Made by a program: the position numbers and the translations under genes
Shown: piece after piece, positions 50,501 to 64,000 of the stretch
How positions within the stretch are numbered: position 1 is the stretch's first letter
How the letters are laid out: every line of letters starts with the position of its first letter
The notes under the pieces: model-generated
Databases searched by the model: none
What the model was told of the DNA's origin: nothing
The model's input: only the letters and a program-made list of their open reading frames with translations
Assembly: GCA_964016885.1 (NCBI GenBank)
Contig: OZ024741.1
Location: 396,986,001-397,050,000, forward strand
Reading direction: 5' to 3'
Length of the DNA stretch: 64,000 bases
From: Eledone cirrhosa
Lineage: Eukaryota

Positions 50501-53500
50501 GTACACCACCACACGTAGGTCTGTACACCACCACACGTAGGTCTGTACACCACCACACGTAGGACTGTACACCACCACACGTAGGTCTGTACACCACCAC
50601 ACGTAGGTCTGTAGACCAGCACCACCACACGTAGGTCTGTACACCACCACACGTAGGACTGTACACCACCACACGTAGGTCTGTACACCACCACACGTAG
50701 GTCTGTACACCAGCACCACCACACGTAGGTCTGTACACCACCACACGTAGGTCTGTACACCACCACACGTAGGTCTGTACACTACACCACGTAGGTCTGT
50801 ACACCACCACACGTATGTCTGTACACCACCACCACCACACGTAGGTCTGTACACCACCACACGTAGGTCTGTACACCACCACACGTAGGTCTGTACACCA
50901 CACCACCACACGTAGGTCTGTACACCACACCACCACACGTAGGACTGTACACCACACCACCACACGTAGGTCTGTACACCACCACACGTAGGTCTGTACA
51001 CCACACCACCACACGTAGGTCTGTACACCACACCACCACACGTAGGACTGTACACCACACCACCACACGTAGGTCTGTACACCACCACACGTAGGTCTGT
51101 ACACCACACCACGTAGGTCTGTACACCACACCACCACACGTAGGTCTGTACACCACCACACGTAGGACTGTACACCACCACACGTAGGACTGTACACCAC
51201 CAGACGTAGGTCTGTACACCACCACACGTAGGACTGTACACCACCACACGTAGGTCTGTACACCACACCACGTAGGTCTGTACACCACACCACCACACGT
51301 AGGTCTGTACACCACCACACGTAGGACTGTACACCACCACACGTAGGACTGTACACCACCACACGTAGGTCTGTACACCACCACACGTAGGACTGTACAC
51401 CACCACACGTAGGTCTGTACACCACCACACGTAGGACTGTACACCACCACACGTAGGTCTGTACACCACCACACGTATGTCTGTACACCACCACACGTAG
51501 GACTGTACACCACCACACGTAGGTCTGTACACCACCACACGTAGGACTGTACACCACCACACGTAGGTCTGTACACCACCACACGTAGGTCTGTACACCA
51601 CCACACGTAGGTCTGTACACCACCACACGTAGGACTGTACACCACCACACGTAGGTCTGTACACCACCACACGTAGGTCTGTACACCACCACACGTAGGA
51701 CTGTACACCACCACACGTAGGTCTGTACGCCACACCACGTAGGTCTGTACACCACCACACATAGGACTGTACACCACCACACGTAGGTCTGTACACCACC
51801 ACACGTAGGTCTGTACACCACCACACGTAGGTCTTACACCACACCACCACACGTAGGTCTGTACACCACCACACGTAGGTCTGCACACCTCCACACGTAG
51901 GTCTATACACCACACCACCACACGTAGGTCTGTACACCACCACACGTAGGTCTGTACACCACACCACCACACGTAGGTCTGTACACCACCACACGTAGGA
52001 CTGTACACCACCACACGTAGGTTTGTACACCACCACACGTAGGACTGTACACCACCACACGTAGGTCTGTACACCACCACACGTAGGTCTGTACACCACC
52101 ACACGTAGGTCTGTACACCACCACACGTATGTCTGTACACCACCACACGTAGGTCTGTACACCACACCACCACACGTAGGTCTGTACACCACCACACGTA
52201 GGTCTGTACACCACCACACGTAGGTCTGTACACCACCACACGTAGGTCTGTACACCACCACACGTAGGTCTGTACACCACACCACGTAGGTCTGTACACC
52301 ACCACACGTAGGTCTGTACACCACCACACGTAGGTCTGTACACCACCACCACCACACGTAGGTCTGTACACCACCACACGTAGGTCTGTACACCACCACA
52401 CGTAGGTCTGTACACCACCACACGTAGGTCTGCACACCACCACCACCACCACACGTAGGTCTGTACAGCACCACACGTAGGTCTGTACACCACCACACGT
52501 AGGTCTGTACACCACCACACGTAGGTCTGTACACCCCCACACGTAGGTCTGCACACCACCACACGTAGGACTGTACACCACCACACGTAGGTCTGAACAC
52601 CACACCACGTAGGACTGTACACCACCACACGTAGGTCTCTACACCACCACACGTAGGTCTGCACACCACCACAGGTAGGTCTGTACACCACACCACCACA
52701 CGTAGGTCTGTACACCACCACACGTAGGTCTGTACACCACACCACGTAGGTCTTCCACCACACCAACACACGTAGGTCTGTACACCACCACACGTAGGTC
52801 TGTACACCACCACACGTAAGTCTGTACACCACCACACGTAGGTCTGTACACCACCACACGTAGGACTGTACACCACCACACGTAGGACTGTACACCACCA
52901 CACGTAGGTCTGTACACCACCACCACCACACCACGTAGGTCTGTACACCACCACACGTAGGTCTGTACACCACCACACGTAGGTCTGTACACCACCACAC
53001 GTAGGTGTGTACACCACCACCACCACCACACGTAGGTCTGTACACCACCACACGTAGGTCTGTACACCACACCACGTAGGTCTGTACACCACCACACGTA
53101 GGTCTGTACACCACACCACGTAGGTCTGTACACCACCACACGTAGGTCTGTACACCACCACACGTAGGTCTGTACACCACCACACGTAGGTGTGTACACC
53201 ACCACTACCACCACACGTAGGTCTGTACACCACCACACGTAGGTCTGTACACCACACCACGTAGGTCTGTACACCACCACACGTAGGTCTGCACACCACC
53301 ACACGTAGGACTGTACACCACCACACGTAGGACTGTACACCACCACACGTAGGTCTGTACACCACACCACCACACGTAGGTCTGCACACCACCACACGTA
53401 GGACTGTACACCACCACACGTAGGTCTGTACACCACCACACGTAGGTCTGCACACCACCACACGTAGGACTGTACACCACCACACGTAGGACTGTACATC

Positions 53501-56500
53501 ACCACACGTAGGTCTGTACACCACCACACGTAGGTCTGTACACCACCACACGTAGGTCTGCACACCACCACACGTAGGACTGTACACCACCACACGTAGG
53601 ACTGTACACCACCACACGTAGGTCTGTACACCACCACCACCACACGTAGGTCTGTACACCACCACACGTAGGTCTGTACACCACCACACGTAGGTCTGTA
53701 CACCACCACACGTAGGTCTGTACACCACCACACGTAGGACTGTACACCACCACACGTAGGTCTGTACACCACCACCACCACACCACGTAGGTCTGTACAC
53801 CACCACACGTAGGTCTGTACACCACCACACGTAGGTCTGCACACCACCACACGTAGGACTGTACACCACCACACGTAGGACTGTACACCACCACACGTAG
53901 GTCTGTACACCACCACCACCACACGTAGGTCTGTACACCACCACACGTAGGTCTGTACACCACCACACGTAGGACTGTACACCACCACACGTAGGTCTGT
54001 ACACCACCACCACCACACCACGTAGGTCTGTACACCACCACACGTAGGTCTGTACACCACCACACGTAGGTCTGTACACCACACCACGTAGGTCTGTACA
54101 CCACCCCACGTAGGTCTGTACACCACCACACGTAGGTCTGTACACCACACCACCACACGTAGGTCGGTACACCACACCACCACACGTAGGACTGTACACC
54201 ACACCACCACACGTAGGTCTGTACACCACCACACGTAGGTCTGTACACCACACCACGTAGGACTGTACACCACCAGACGTAGGACTGTACACCACCACAC
54301 GTAGGACTGTACACCACCAGACGTAGGTCTGTACACCACCACACGTAGGTCTGTACACCACACCACGTAGGTCTGTACACCACACCACCACACGTAGGTC
54401 TGTACACCACCACACGTAGGTCTGTACACCACCACACGTAGGTGTGTACACCACCACACGTAGGTCTGTACACCACACCATGTAGGACTGTACACCACCA
54501 TACGTAGGTCTGTACACCACCACACGTAGGTCTGTACACCACCACACGTAGGACTGTACACCACCACACGTAGGTCTGTACACCACCACACGTAGGACTG
54601 TACACCACCACACGTAGGTCTGTACACCACCACACGTAGGTCTGTACACCACCACACGTAGGTCTGTACACCACCACACGTAGGTCTGTACACCACCACA
54701 CGTAGGTCTGCACACCACCACACGTAGAACTGTACACCACCACACGTAGGTCTGTACACCACCACATGTAGGTCTGTACACCACCACACGTAGGTCTGTA
54801 CACCACCACACGTAGGTCTGCACACCACCACACGTAGGACTGTACACCACCACACGTAGGTCTGCACACCACCACACGTAGGACTGTACACCACCACACG
54901 TAGGACTGTACACCACCACACGTAGGTCTGTACACCACCACACGTAGGTCTGTACACCACCACACGTAGGTCTGTACACCACCACACGTAGGTCTGTACA
55001 CCACCCCACGTAGGTCTGTACACCACCACACGTAGGTCTGTACACCACCACACGTAGGTCTGTACACCACCACACGTAGGTCTGTACACCACCACACGTA
55101 GGACTGTACACCACCACACGTAGGTCTGTACACCACCACACGTAGGTCTGTAGACCAGCACCACCACACGTAGGTCTGTACACCACCACACGTAGGACTG
55201 TACACCACCACACGTAGGACTGTACACCACCACACGTAGGTCTGTACACCACCACACGTAGGACTGTACACCACCACACGTAGGACTGTACACCACCACA
55301 CGTAGGACTGTACACCACCACACGTAGGTCTGTACACCACCACACGTAGGTCTGTACACCACCACACGTAGGTCTGTACACCACCACACGTAGGACTGTA
55401 CACCACCACACGTAGGACTGTACACCACCACACGTAGGACTGTACACCACCACACGTAGGTCTGTACACCACCACACGTAGGTCTGTACACCACCACACG
55501 TAGGTCTGTACACCACCACACGTAGGACTGTACACCACCACACGTAGGTCTGTACACCACCACACGTAGGTCTGTAGACCAGCACCACCACACGTAGGTC
55601 TGTACACCACCACACGTAGGACTGTACACCACCACACGTAGGTCTGTACACCACCACACGTAGGTCTGTACACCAGCACCACCACACGTAGGTCTGTACA
55701 CCACCACACGTAGGTCTGTACACCACCACACGTAGGTCTGTACACTACACCACGTAGGTCTGTACACCACCACACGTATGTCTGTACACCACCACCACCA
55801 CACGTAGGTCTGTACACCACCACACGTAGGTCTGTACACCACCACACGTAGGTCTGTACACCACACCACCACACGTAGGTCTGTACACCACACCACCACA
55901 CGTAGGACTGTACACCACACCACCACACGTAGGTCTGTACACCACCACACGTAGGTCTGTACACCACACCACCACACGTAGGTCTGTACACCACACCACC
56001 ACACGTAGGACTGTACACCACACCACCACACGTAGGTCTGTACACCACCACACGTAGGTCTGTACACCACACCACGTAGGTCTGTACACCACACCACCAC
56101 ACGTAGGTCTGTACACCACCACACGTAGGACTGTACACCACCACACGTAGGACTGTACACCACCAGACGTAGGTCTGTACACCACCACACGTAGGACTGT
56201 ACACCACCACACGTAGGTCTGTACACCACACCACGTAGGTCTGTACACCACACCACCACACGTAGGTCTGTACACCACCACACGTAGGACTGTACACCAC
56301 CACACGTAGGACTGTACACCACCACACGTAGGTCTGTACACCACCACACGTAGGACTGTACACCACCACACGTAGGTCTGTACACCACCACACGTAGGAC
56401 TGTACACCACCACACGTAGGTCTGTACACCACCACACGTAGGTCTGTACACCACCACACGTAGGTCTGTACACCACCACACGTAGGACTGTACACCACCA

Positions 56501-59500
56501 CACGTAGGTCTGTACACCACCACACGTAGGTCTGTACACCACCACACGTAGGACTGTACACCACCACACGTAGGTCTGTACGCCACACCACGTAGGTCTG
56601 TACACCACCACACGTAGGACTGTACACCACCACACGTAGGTCTGTACACCACCACACGTAGGTCTGTACACCACCACACGTAGGTCTTACACCACACCAC
56701 CACACGTAGGTCTGTACACCACCACACGTAGGTCTGCACACCACCACACGTAGGTCTATACACCACACCACCACACGTAGGTCTGTACACCACCACACGT
56801 AGGTCTGTACACCACACCACCACACGTAGGTCTGTACACCACCACACGTAGGACTGTACACCACCACACGTAGGTTTGTACACCACCACACGTAGGACTG
56901 TACACCACCACACGTAGGTCTGTACACCACCACACGTAGGTCTGTACACCACCACACGTAGGTCTGTACACCACCACACGTATGTCTGTACACCACCACA
57001 CGTAGGTCTGTACACCACACCACCACACGTAGGTCTGTACACCACCACACGTAGGTCTGTACACCACCACACGTAGGTCTGTACACCACCACACGTAGGT
57101 CTGTACACCACCACACGTAGGTCTGTACACCACACCACGTAGGTCTGTACACCACCACACGTAAGTCTGTACACCACCACACGTAGGTCTGTACACCACC
57201 ACCACCACACGTAGGTCTGTACACCACCACACGTAGGTCTGTACACCACCACACGTAGGTCTGTATACCACCAATCGTAGGTCTGTACACCACCACACGT
57301 AGGACTGTACACCACCACACGTAGGTCTGTACACCACCCCACGTAGGTCTGTACACCACCAATCGTAGGTCTGTACACCACCACACGTAGGACTGTACAC
57401 CACCACACGTAGGTCTGTACACCACACCACCACACGTAGGTCTGTACACCACACCACCACACGTAGGTCTGTACACAACCACCACCACACGTAGGTCTGT
57501 ACACCACACCACGTAGGTCTGTACACCACCACACGTAGGTCTTACACCACACCACCACACGTAGGTCTGTACACCACCACACGTAGGTCTGTACACCACC
57601 ACACGTAGGTCTGTACATCACCACACGTAGGTCTGTACACCACCACCACCACACGTAGGTCTGTACACCACCACACGTAGGTCTGTACACCACCACACGT
57701 AGGTCTGTACACCACCATACGTAGGTCTGTACACCACCACACGTAGCTCTGTACAGCACCACACGTAGGTCTGCACACCACCACACGTAGGTCTGTACAC
57801 CACCACACGTAGGTCTGTACACCACCACACGTAGGTCTGTACACCACCACACGTAGGAGTGTACACCACCACACGTAGGTCTGTACACCACACCACGTAG
57901 GACTGTACACCACCACACGTAGGTCTGAACACCACCACACGTAGGTCTGTACACCATCACACGTAGGTCTGTACACCACCACACGTAGGTCTGTACACCA
58001 CCACACGTAGGTCTGTACACCACACCACGTAGGTCTGTACACCACCACACGTAGGAGTGTACACCACCACACGTAGGTCTGTACACCACACCACGTAGGT
58101 CTGTACACCACCACACGTAGGTCTGTACACCACCACACGTAGGTCTGTACACCACACCACGTAGGTCTGTACACCACCACACGTAGGAGTGTACACCACC
58201 ACACGTAGGTCTGTACACCACACCACGTAGGTCTGTACACCACCACACGTAGGTCTGTACACCACCACACGTAGGTCTGTACACCACACCACGTAGGTCT
58301 GCACACCACCACACGTAGGTCTGTACACCACCACACGTAGGTCTGTACACCACCACACGTAGGTCTGTACACCACACCACGTAGGTCTGTACACCACCAC
58401 ACGTAGGACTGTACACCACCACACGTAGGTCTGTACACCACCACCACCACACCACGTAGGTTTGTACACCACCACACGTAGGTCTGCACACCACCACACG
58501 TAGGTCTGTACACCACCACACGTAGGTCTGTACACCACACCACCACACGTAGGTCTGTACACCACCACACGTAGGTCTGCACACCACACCACGTAGGTCT
58601 GTACACCACCACACGTAGGTCTGTACACCACCACACGTAGGTCTGTACACCACCACACGTAGGTCTGTACACCACCACACGTAGGTCTGTACACCACCAC
58701 ACGTAGGTCTGTACACCACCACACGTAGGTCTGTAAACCACCACACGTAGGTCTGTACACCACCACACGTAGGACTGTACACCACCACACGTAGGTCTGT
58801 AAACCACCACACGTAGGTCTGTACACCACACCACGTAGGTCTGTACACCACACCACCACACGTAGGTCTGTACACCACCACACGTAGGTCTGTACACCAC
58901 CACACGTAGGTCTGTACACCACCACACGTAGGTCTGTAAACCACCACACGTAGGTCTGTACACCACACCACGTAGGTCTGTACACCACACCACCACACGT
59001 AGGTCTGTACTCCACCACACGTTGGTCTGTACACCACCACACGTAGGTCTGTAAACCACCACACGTAGGTCTGTACACCACACCACGTAGGTCTGTACAC
59101 CACACCACCACACGTAGGTCTGTACACCACCACACGTAGGTCTGTACACCACCACACGTAGGTCTGTACACCACCACACGTAGGTCTGTACACCACCACA
59201 CGTAGGTCTGTACACCACCACACGTAGGACTGTACACCACCACACGTAGGACTGTACACCACCACACGTAGGACTGTACACCACCACACGTAGGTTTGCC
59301 AACCACACCACGTAGGTCTGCACACCACCACACGTAGGTCTGTACACCACCACACGTAGGTCTGTACACCACCACACGTAGGTCTGTACACCACCACACG
59401 TAGGTCTGTACACCACCACACGTAGGACTGTACACCACCACACGTAGGACTGTACACCACCACACGTAGGTCTGCACACCACACCACGTAGGTCTGCACA

Positions 59501-61156
59501 CCACCACACGTAGGTCTGTACACCACCACACGTAGGTCTGTACACCACCACACGTAGGTCTGTACACCACCACACGTAGTACTGTACACCACCACACGTA
59601 TGTCTGTACACCACCACACGTAGGACTGTACACCACCACACGTAGGTCTGTACACCACCACACGTAGGTCTGTACACCACCACACGTAGGACTGTACACC
59701 ACCACACGTAGGACTGTACACCACCACACGTAGGACTGTACACCACCACACGTAGGACTGTACACCACCACACGTAGGACTGTACACCACCACACGTAGG
59801 TCTGTAAACCACCACACGTAGGTCTGTACACCACCACACGTAGGACTGTACACCACCACACGTAGGTCTGTACACCACCACACGTAGGTCTGTACACCAC
59901 CACACGTAGGTCTGTACACCACACCACGTAGGACTGTACACCACCACACGTAGGTCTGTACACCACCACACGTAGTACTGTACACCACCACACGTAGGTC
60001 TGTAAACCACCACACGTAGGTCTGTACACCACCACACGTAGGACTGTACACCACCACACGTAGGACTGTACACCACCACACGTAGGACTGTACACCACCA
60101 CACGTAGGTCTGTACACCACACCACGTAGGACTGTACACCACCACACGTATGTCTGTACACCACCACACGTAGGACTGTACACCACCACACGTAGGTCTG
60201 TAAACCACCACACGTAGGTCTGTACACCACCACACGTAGGACTGTACACCACCACACGTAGGACTGTACACCACCACACGTAGGACTGTACACCACCACA
60301 CGTAGGTCTGTACACCACACCACGTAGGACTGTACACCACCACACGTATGTCTGTACACCACCACACGTAGTACTGTACACCACCACACGTAGGTCTGTA
60401 AACCACCACACGTAGGTCTGTACACCACCACACGTAGGACTGTACACCACCACACGTAGGACTGTACACCACCACACGTAGGACTGTACACCACCACACG
60501 TAGGTCTGTACACCACACCACGTAGGACTGTACACCACCACACGTATGTCTGTACACCACCACACGTAGGACTGTACACCACCACACGTAGGTCTGTACA
60601 CCACCACACGTAGGTCTGTACACCACACCACGTAGGACTGTACACCACCACACGTAGGTCTGTACACCACCACACGTAGGTCTGTACACCACCACACGTA
60701 GGTCTGTACACCACACCACGTAGGTCTGTACACCACACCACTTAGGTCTGTACACCACACCACGTAGGACTGTACACCACCACACGTAGGACTGTACACC
60801 ACCACACGTAGGACTGTACACCACCACACGTAGGACTGTACACCACCACACGTAGGTCTGTACACCACCACACGTAGGTCTGTACACCACACCACGTAGG
60901 TCTGTACACCACACCACTTAGGTCTGTACACCACACCACGTAGGACTGTACACCACCACACGTAGGTCTGTACACCACACCACCACACGTAGTTCTGTAC
61001 ACCACACCACCACACGTAGTTCTGTACACCACACCACCACACGTAGGTCTGTACACCACCACACGTAGGTCTGTACACCACACCACGTAGGACTGTACAC
61101 CACCACACGTAGGTCTGTACACCACACCACCACACGTAGTTCTGTACACCACCACA
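41576..61156. repeat. 19.6-kb satellite, 22-bp unit CGTAGGWCTGTACACCACCACA with (CAC)n length variants and a ~4.96-kb higher-order duplication
   Basis: 22-aa periodicity in minus ORFs equals three units; rare variants recur at +4963. Confidence 0.98.
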
Positions 61157-61904
61157 AATGAAGGAACTGAAACACTGAAAAATTCACTATTAATTATCAA
61201 GTAAGAAATGATGGGAAGTACCTAATTAGCAGGGATTGAGATATGATGCTGGGGTTTCCAGTTCAAACCTGTTCTAGAAGCTAAGGTTATGTTTGTAATT
61301 CCCTCCTAATTATCAAGTCTAACATAACACAACTTCACTGAAGCGTTACCTAGTTATTACGTCAGCTGTGTGTATATAATAGTTAATGGTATATATTAGT
61401 TGGTTGGTGTCTACTAGATTCTACTTGGTTATATCACATTACAGTATTACAATAATATTACTATAGAAACACACACACACCCATACACACACACATATAT
61501 TTATATCATATTTAAAATGCTGGAGAGAACAACAAAGATTTATGAATACATATATATATAATTGTTTCTACTTTTGGCATAAGGCCAGCAATTATAACAG
61601 TGTATTACTGGTACTTTATTTTATCGACCCTTTCATCTTTACGGTGTCGATAAAATAAAGTACCAGTAATACACCTGGGTTCGATTTAATTGACTTTCCC
61701 CTCCCTTGTGTCTATATCAGAAGCCATTAGTGTTATCTTATGTTAAACATTTGTATAACTAAAATAAAGTACCAGTAATACACTAGGTAATTTGCTGGCC
61801 TTGTGCCAAAAGTAGAAACTATTAATGTCTGTCCTGTTATAGAAACTATATTAGTCTCGCTTTATTACTTTTGAATCCTTACACAGTGCCGTTGCTTTGT
61901 TAAC

Positions 61905-62260
61905 TTGTGTGTATATATGTAGTGTGTGGTGTGTGGTGTGTGGTGTGTGTGTATGTGGTGTGTGGTGTGTGGTGTGTGGTGTGTATATATGTAGTGTGTG
62001 GTGTGTGGTGTGTGTGTATGTGGTGTGTGTTGTGTGTGTGCATGTGTGTGTATCTGTGCATGTGTGTGTATGTCTGTATATGTGTATGTGCGTGTGTGTT
62101 TGTGCATGTGTGTTTGTGCGTGTGTGTGAGAGTCTGTGTTGTGTGTGCATGTGTGTGTATCTCTGCATGTGTGTATGTCTGTATATGTGTGTGTGTATGT
62201 GTGTGTGTTTGTGCATGTGTGTATGTGTGTGTGTTTGTGCATGTGTGTGTGTGAGTGTGC
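61905..62260. repeat. Degenerate (GT)n/(GTGTG)n low-complexity tract
   Basis: Direct inspection. Confidence 0.85.
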
Positions 62261-62338
62261 ATTTGGACACTCCAGAACTCGGTCTTAAATTTCTGTTTTC
62301 ATTGTACAGACGTGATACTGTAATTACCACGAACGCTA

Positions 62339-62410
62339 TGTTGTTGTTGTTGATGTTGTTGTTGCGGCTATTGATGTTGTTATTCTTGTTGTTATTGTTG
62401 CTGCTGCTGC

Positions 62411-62445
<35 letters not shown>

Positions 62446-62610
62446 ATGTTGTTGCGGCTATTGTTGTTGTTGTTATTGTTGCTGCTATTGATGTTGTTAT
62501 TGTTGTTATTGTTGCTGTTGTTGCTGTTGTTGTTATTGTTGCTGCTAGTGTTGTTGTTGTTATTGTTGTTGTTGTTGTTATTGTTGCTGTTGTCGTCGTC
62601 GTTGTTGTTA

Positions 62611-62643
<33 letters not shown>

Positions 62644-62701
62644 CTGTTGTTATTGTTGTTGCTGCTGCTGCTGTCGTCGTTGTCTTTGTTGTTGTTGTTG
62701 T
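62339..62701. repeat. (GTT)n/(GCT)n trinucleotide tract
   Basis: Direct inspection. Confidence 0.9.
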
Positions 62702-62942
62702 AGCTCTGGTCTTAATTATCACACCAGATGCTATAGCTGGTAAGAAATGATATCAAATCACTACATCAAGAAGTATTTCTATCGCTCTCTATGAGATTCT
62801 TCGTTATGGTTGATTAGCCAGATTATAGCAAAGGTATTAAATTCTTTGCATAACAACTTCATTCCTTCCCTACTCCCACTAAAAGACCGTTGCTAAATAA
62901 CCAGTGACGCCAAAATATTGCAGTATTTGGTAACCACTAGTC

Positions 62943-63215
62943 CAGGGGTGTGCAACATATTCTATTGGCGGGCCACTTTTGAACATTGAACAACTATTAG
63001 GGCCATTAATATTTATTAAACACTATTCCAAAGATCCACCACAACTTCTTTCCATAACATGGAACTGAGAAATTATAACACACACAACCCTATCAGTGAA
63101 GCCCTTTAGTATAGGTCAACTAACAAGGTTAAAATTAAAAACGGTCATCGCGGGCCACTCTGACTGGTCTGGCGGGCCGGATTGTGGCCCACGGGCCGCC
63201 TCTTGCACGCCCCTG
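62943..63215. mobile_element. hAT (Charlie-like) MITE
   Basis: TIRs CAGGGGTGTGCAA / TTGCACGCCCCTG; internal GCGGGCC motifs; degenerate 8-bp TSD CACTAGTC / CACTAAAT. Confidence 0.75.
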
Positions 63216-63249
63216 CACTAAATATAATCTAAGACAGACAATTAATTAA

Positions 63250-63590
63250 CAGAATTGTTAGAACGTCCGATAGAATACTTTGTGGTATTTGTTCCGGCTC
63301 TCTGCTCTTTGAGTTCAAATCCCACCGAGGTCAACTTTGCCTTTCATCCTTTCGAGGTTGATAAAAAAAAGTACCAGTCAAGTACTGGGGTTGATTCTTC
63401 CTCTATATTTCTGTCTCGCTTCCATTCTCTCACTCTCTATATATATTTCTCTGGAAAAAATCTACTGCATTCAGCCCTGGAGAGGAGATCGGCTACGCCA
63501 GGGGTTTTTTTTAAATGCCCTAAAAACCCCGTATGTCAATACGGCGCCCCTGTGACTTCCCCGGGAGTTACGGGAGAAAGGAGAAAATAA
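63250..63590 (+). mobile_element. Older tRNA-SINE with extended tail (related copies ~30000-30305, 36470-36770, 39705-40020)
   Basis: B-box GAGTTCAAATCC; CTTTGCCTTTCATCCTTTCGAGGTTGATAAA body. Confidence 0.7.
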
Positions 63591-63646
63591 GCTCCTAAAT
63601 AACCAGTGTCAACCTCTTGTAGTATTTGTTAACTGCTCTCTAGCAT

Positions 63647-63870
63647 TCCGTCGGTGACGACGATGAGTGTTCCATTTGATTCGATCAACAGAACAGCCTG
63701 CACATAAAATTAACGAACAAGCGACTGAACATACTACAGTTCTCAGGGAGATTCAACGTGACACAAAATGTGACAAGGCTGGCCCTTCGAATTACAGATA
63801 CAACTGATATTTGGTAGTTGAGTGGACTGGAGCGATATGAAATAAAGTGTCTTGTTCAAGGACACAACCA
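63647..63870 (-). mobile_element. CORE-type SINE fragment
   Basis: Minus GTGTCCTTGAACAAGACACTTTATTTCA..GCTCCAGTCCACTCA; related to 30560-30712. Confidence 0.65.
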
Positions 63871-64000
63871 TCGCCGAACCTGTTTAATGGTCTCATGAAG
63901 GTGGTAGAATTGTTAGAGTACTCGTTAGAAGACGGTGAATTATTCAACCTGGTTTTTTGTGCACTGGGTTCAAATCTAACCAAAGTTGTCTCAGTGAAAT

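Noticed and set aside
36781-61156. CRISPR-like regular repeats
   Set aside because: No unique spacers, no cas genes, eukaryotic context.
41430-61200. Minus-strand ORFs up to 2700 aa (GGVQTYVWWCTDLRVVVYRPTC)n
   Set aside because: The 22-bp unit lacks stops in all three minus frames, so overlapping ORFs arise automatically; indels are not frame-preserving.

Overview
Repeat-rich animal (eukaryotic) genomic DNA; the tRNA-derived SINE families resemble those of octopod cephalopods (my recognition, not a database result). One host gene is supported: a three-coding-exon TPPP/p25-alpha family gene on the minus strand (39439-39255, 34832-34664, 24992-24810; 178 aa; GT-AG sites and phases consistent). 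The first ~26 kb is a (TA)n-rich cluster of Penelope-like retroelement (PLE) remnants of at least three lineages, carrying about ten recognisable type I hammerhead ribozyme (HHR) motifs from about seven families. These include two intact HHRs capping a 5.4-kb palindrome, a circularly permuted retrozyme-like pair, and a sense-strand intronic HHR in TPPP whose catalytic core is split by an LTR insertion. Also present: a non-autonomous Gypsy-type LTR element, Helitron and CRE-clade LINE fragments, a hAT-like MITE, a duplicated 3' splice site of TPPP, and four satellites (54, 21, 20 and 22 bp units; the last is 19.6 kb with a ~4.96-kb higher-order duplication). All very long ORFs in the track are satellite artefacts.
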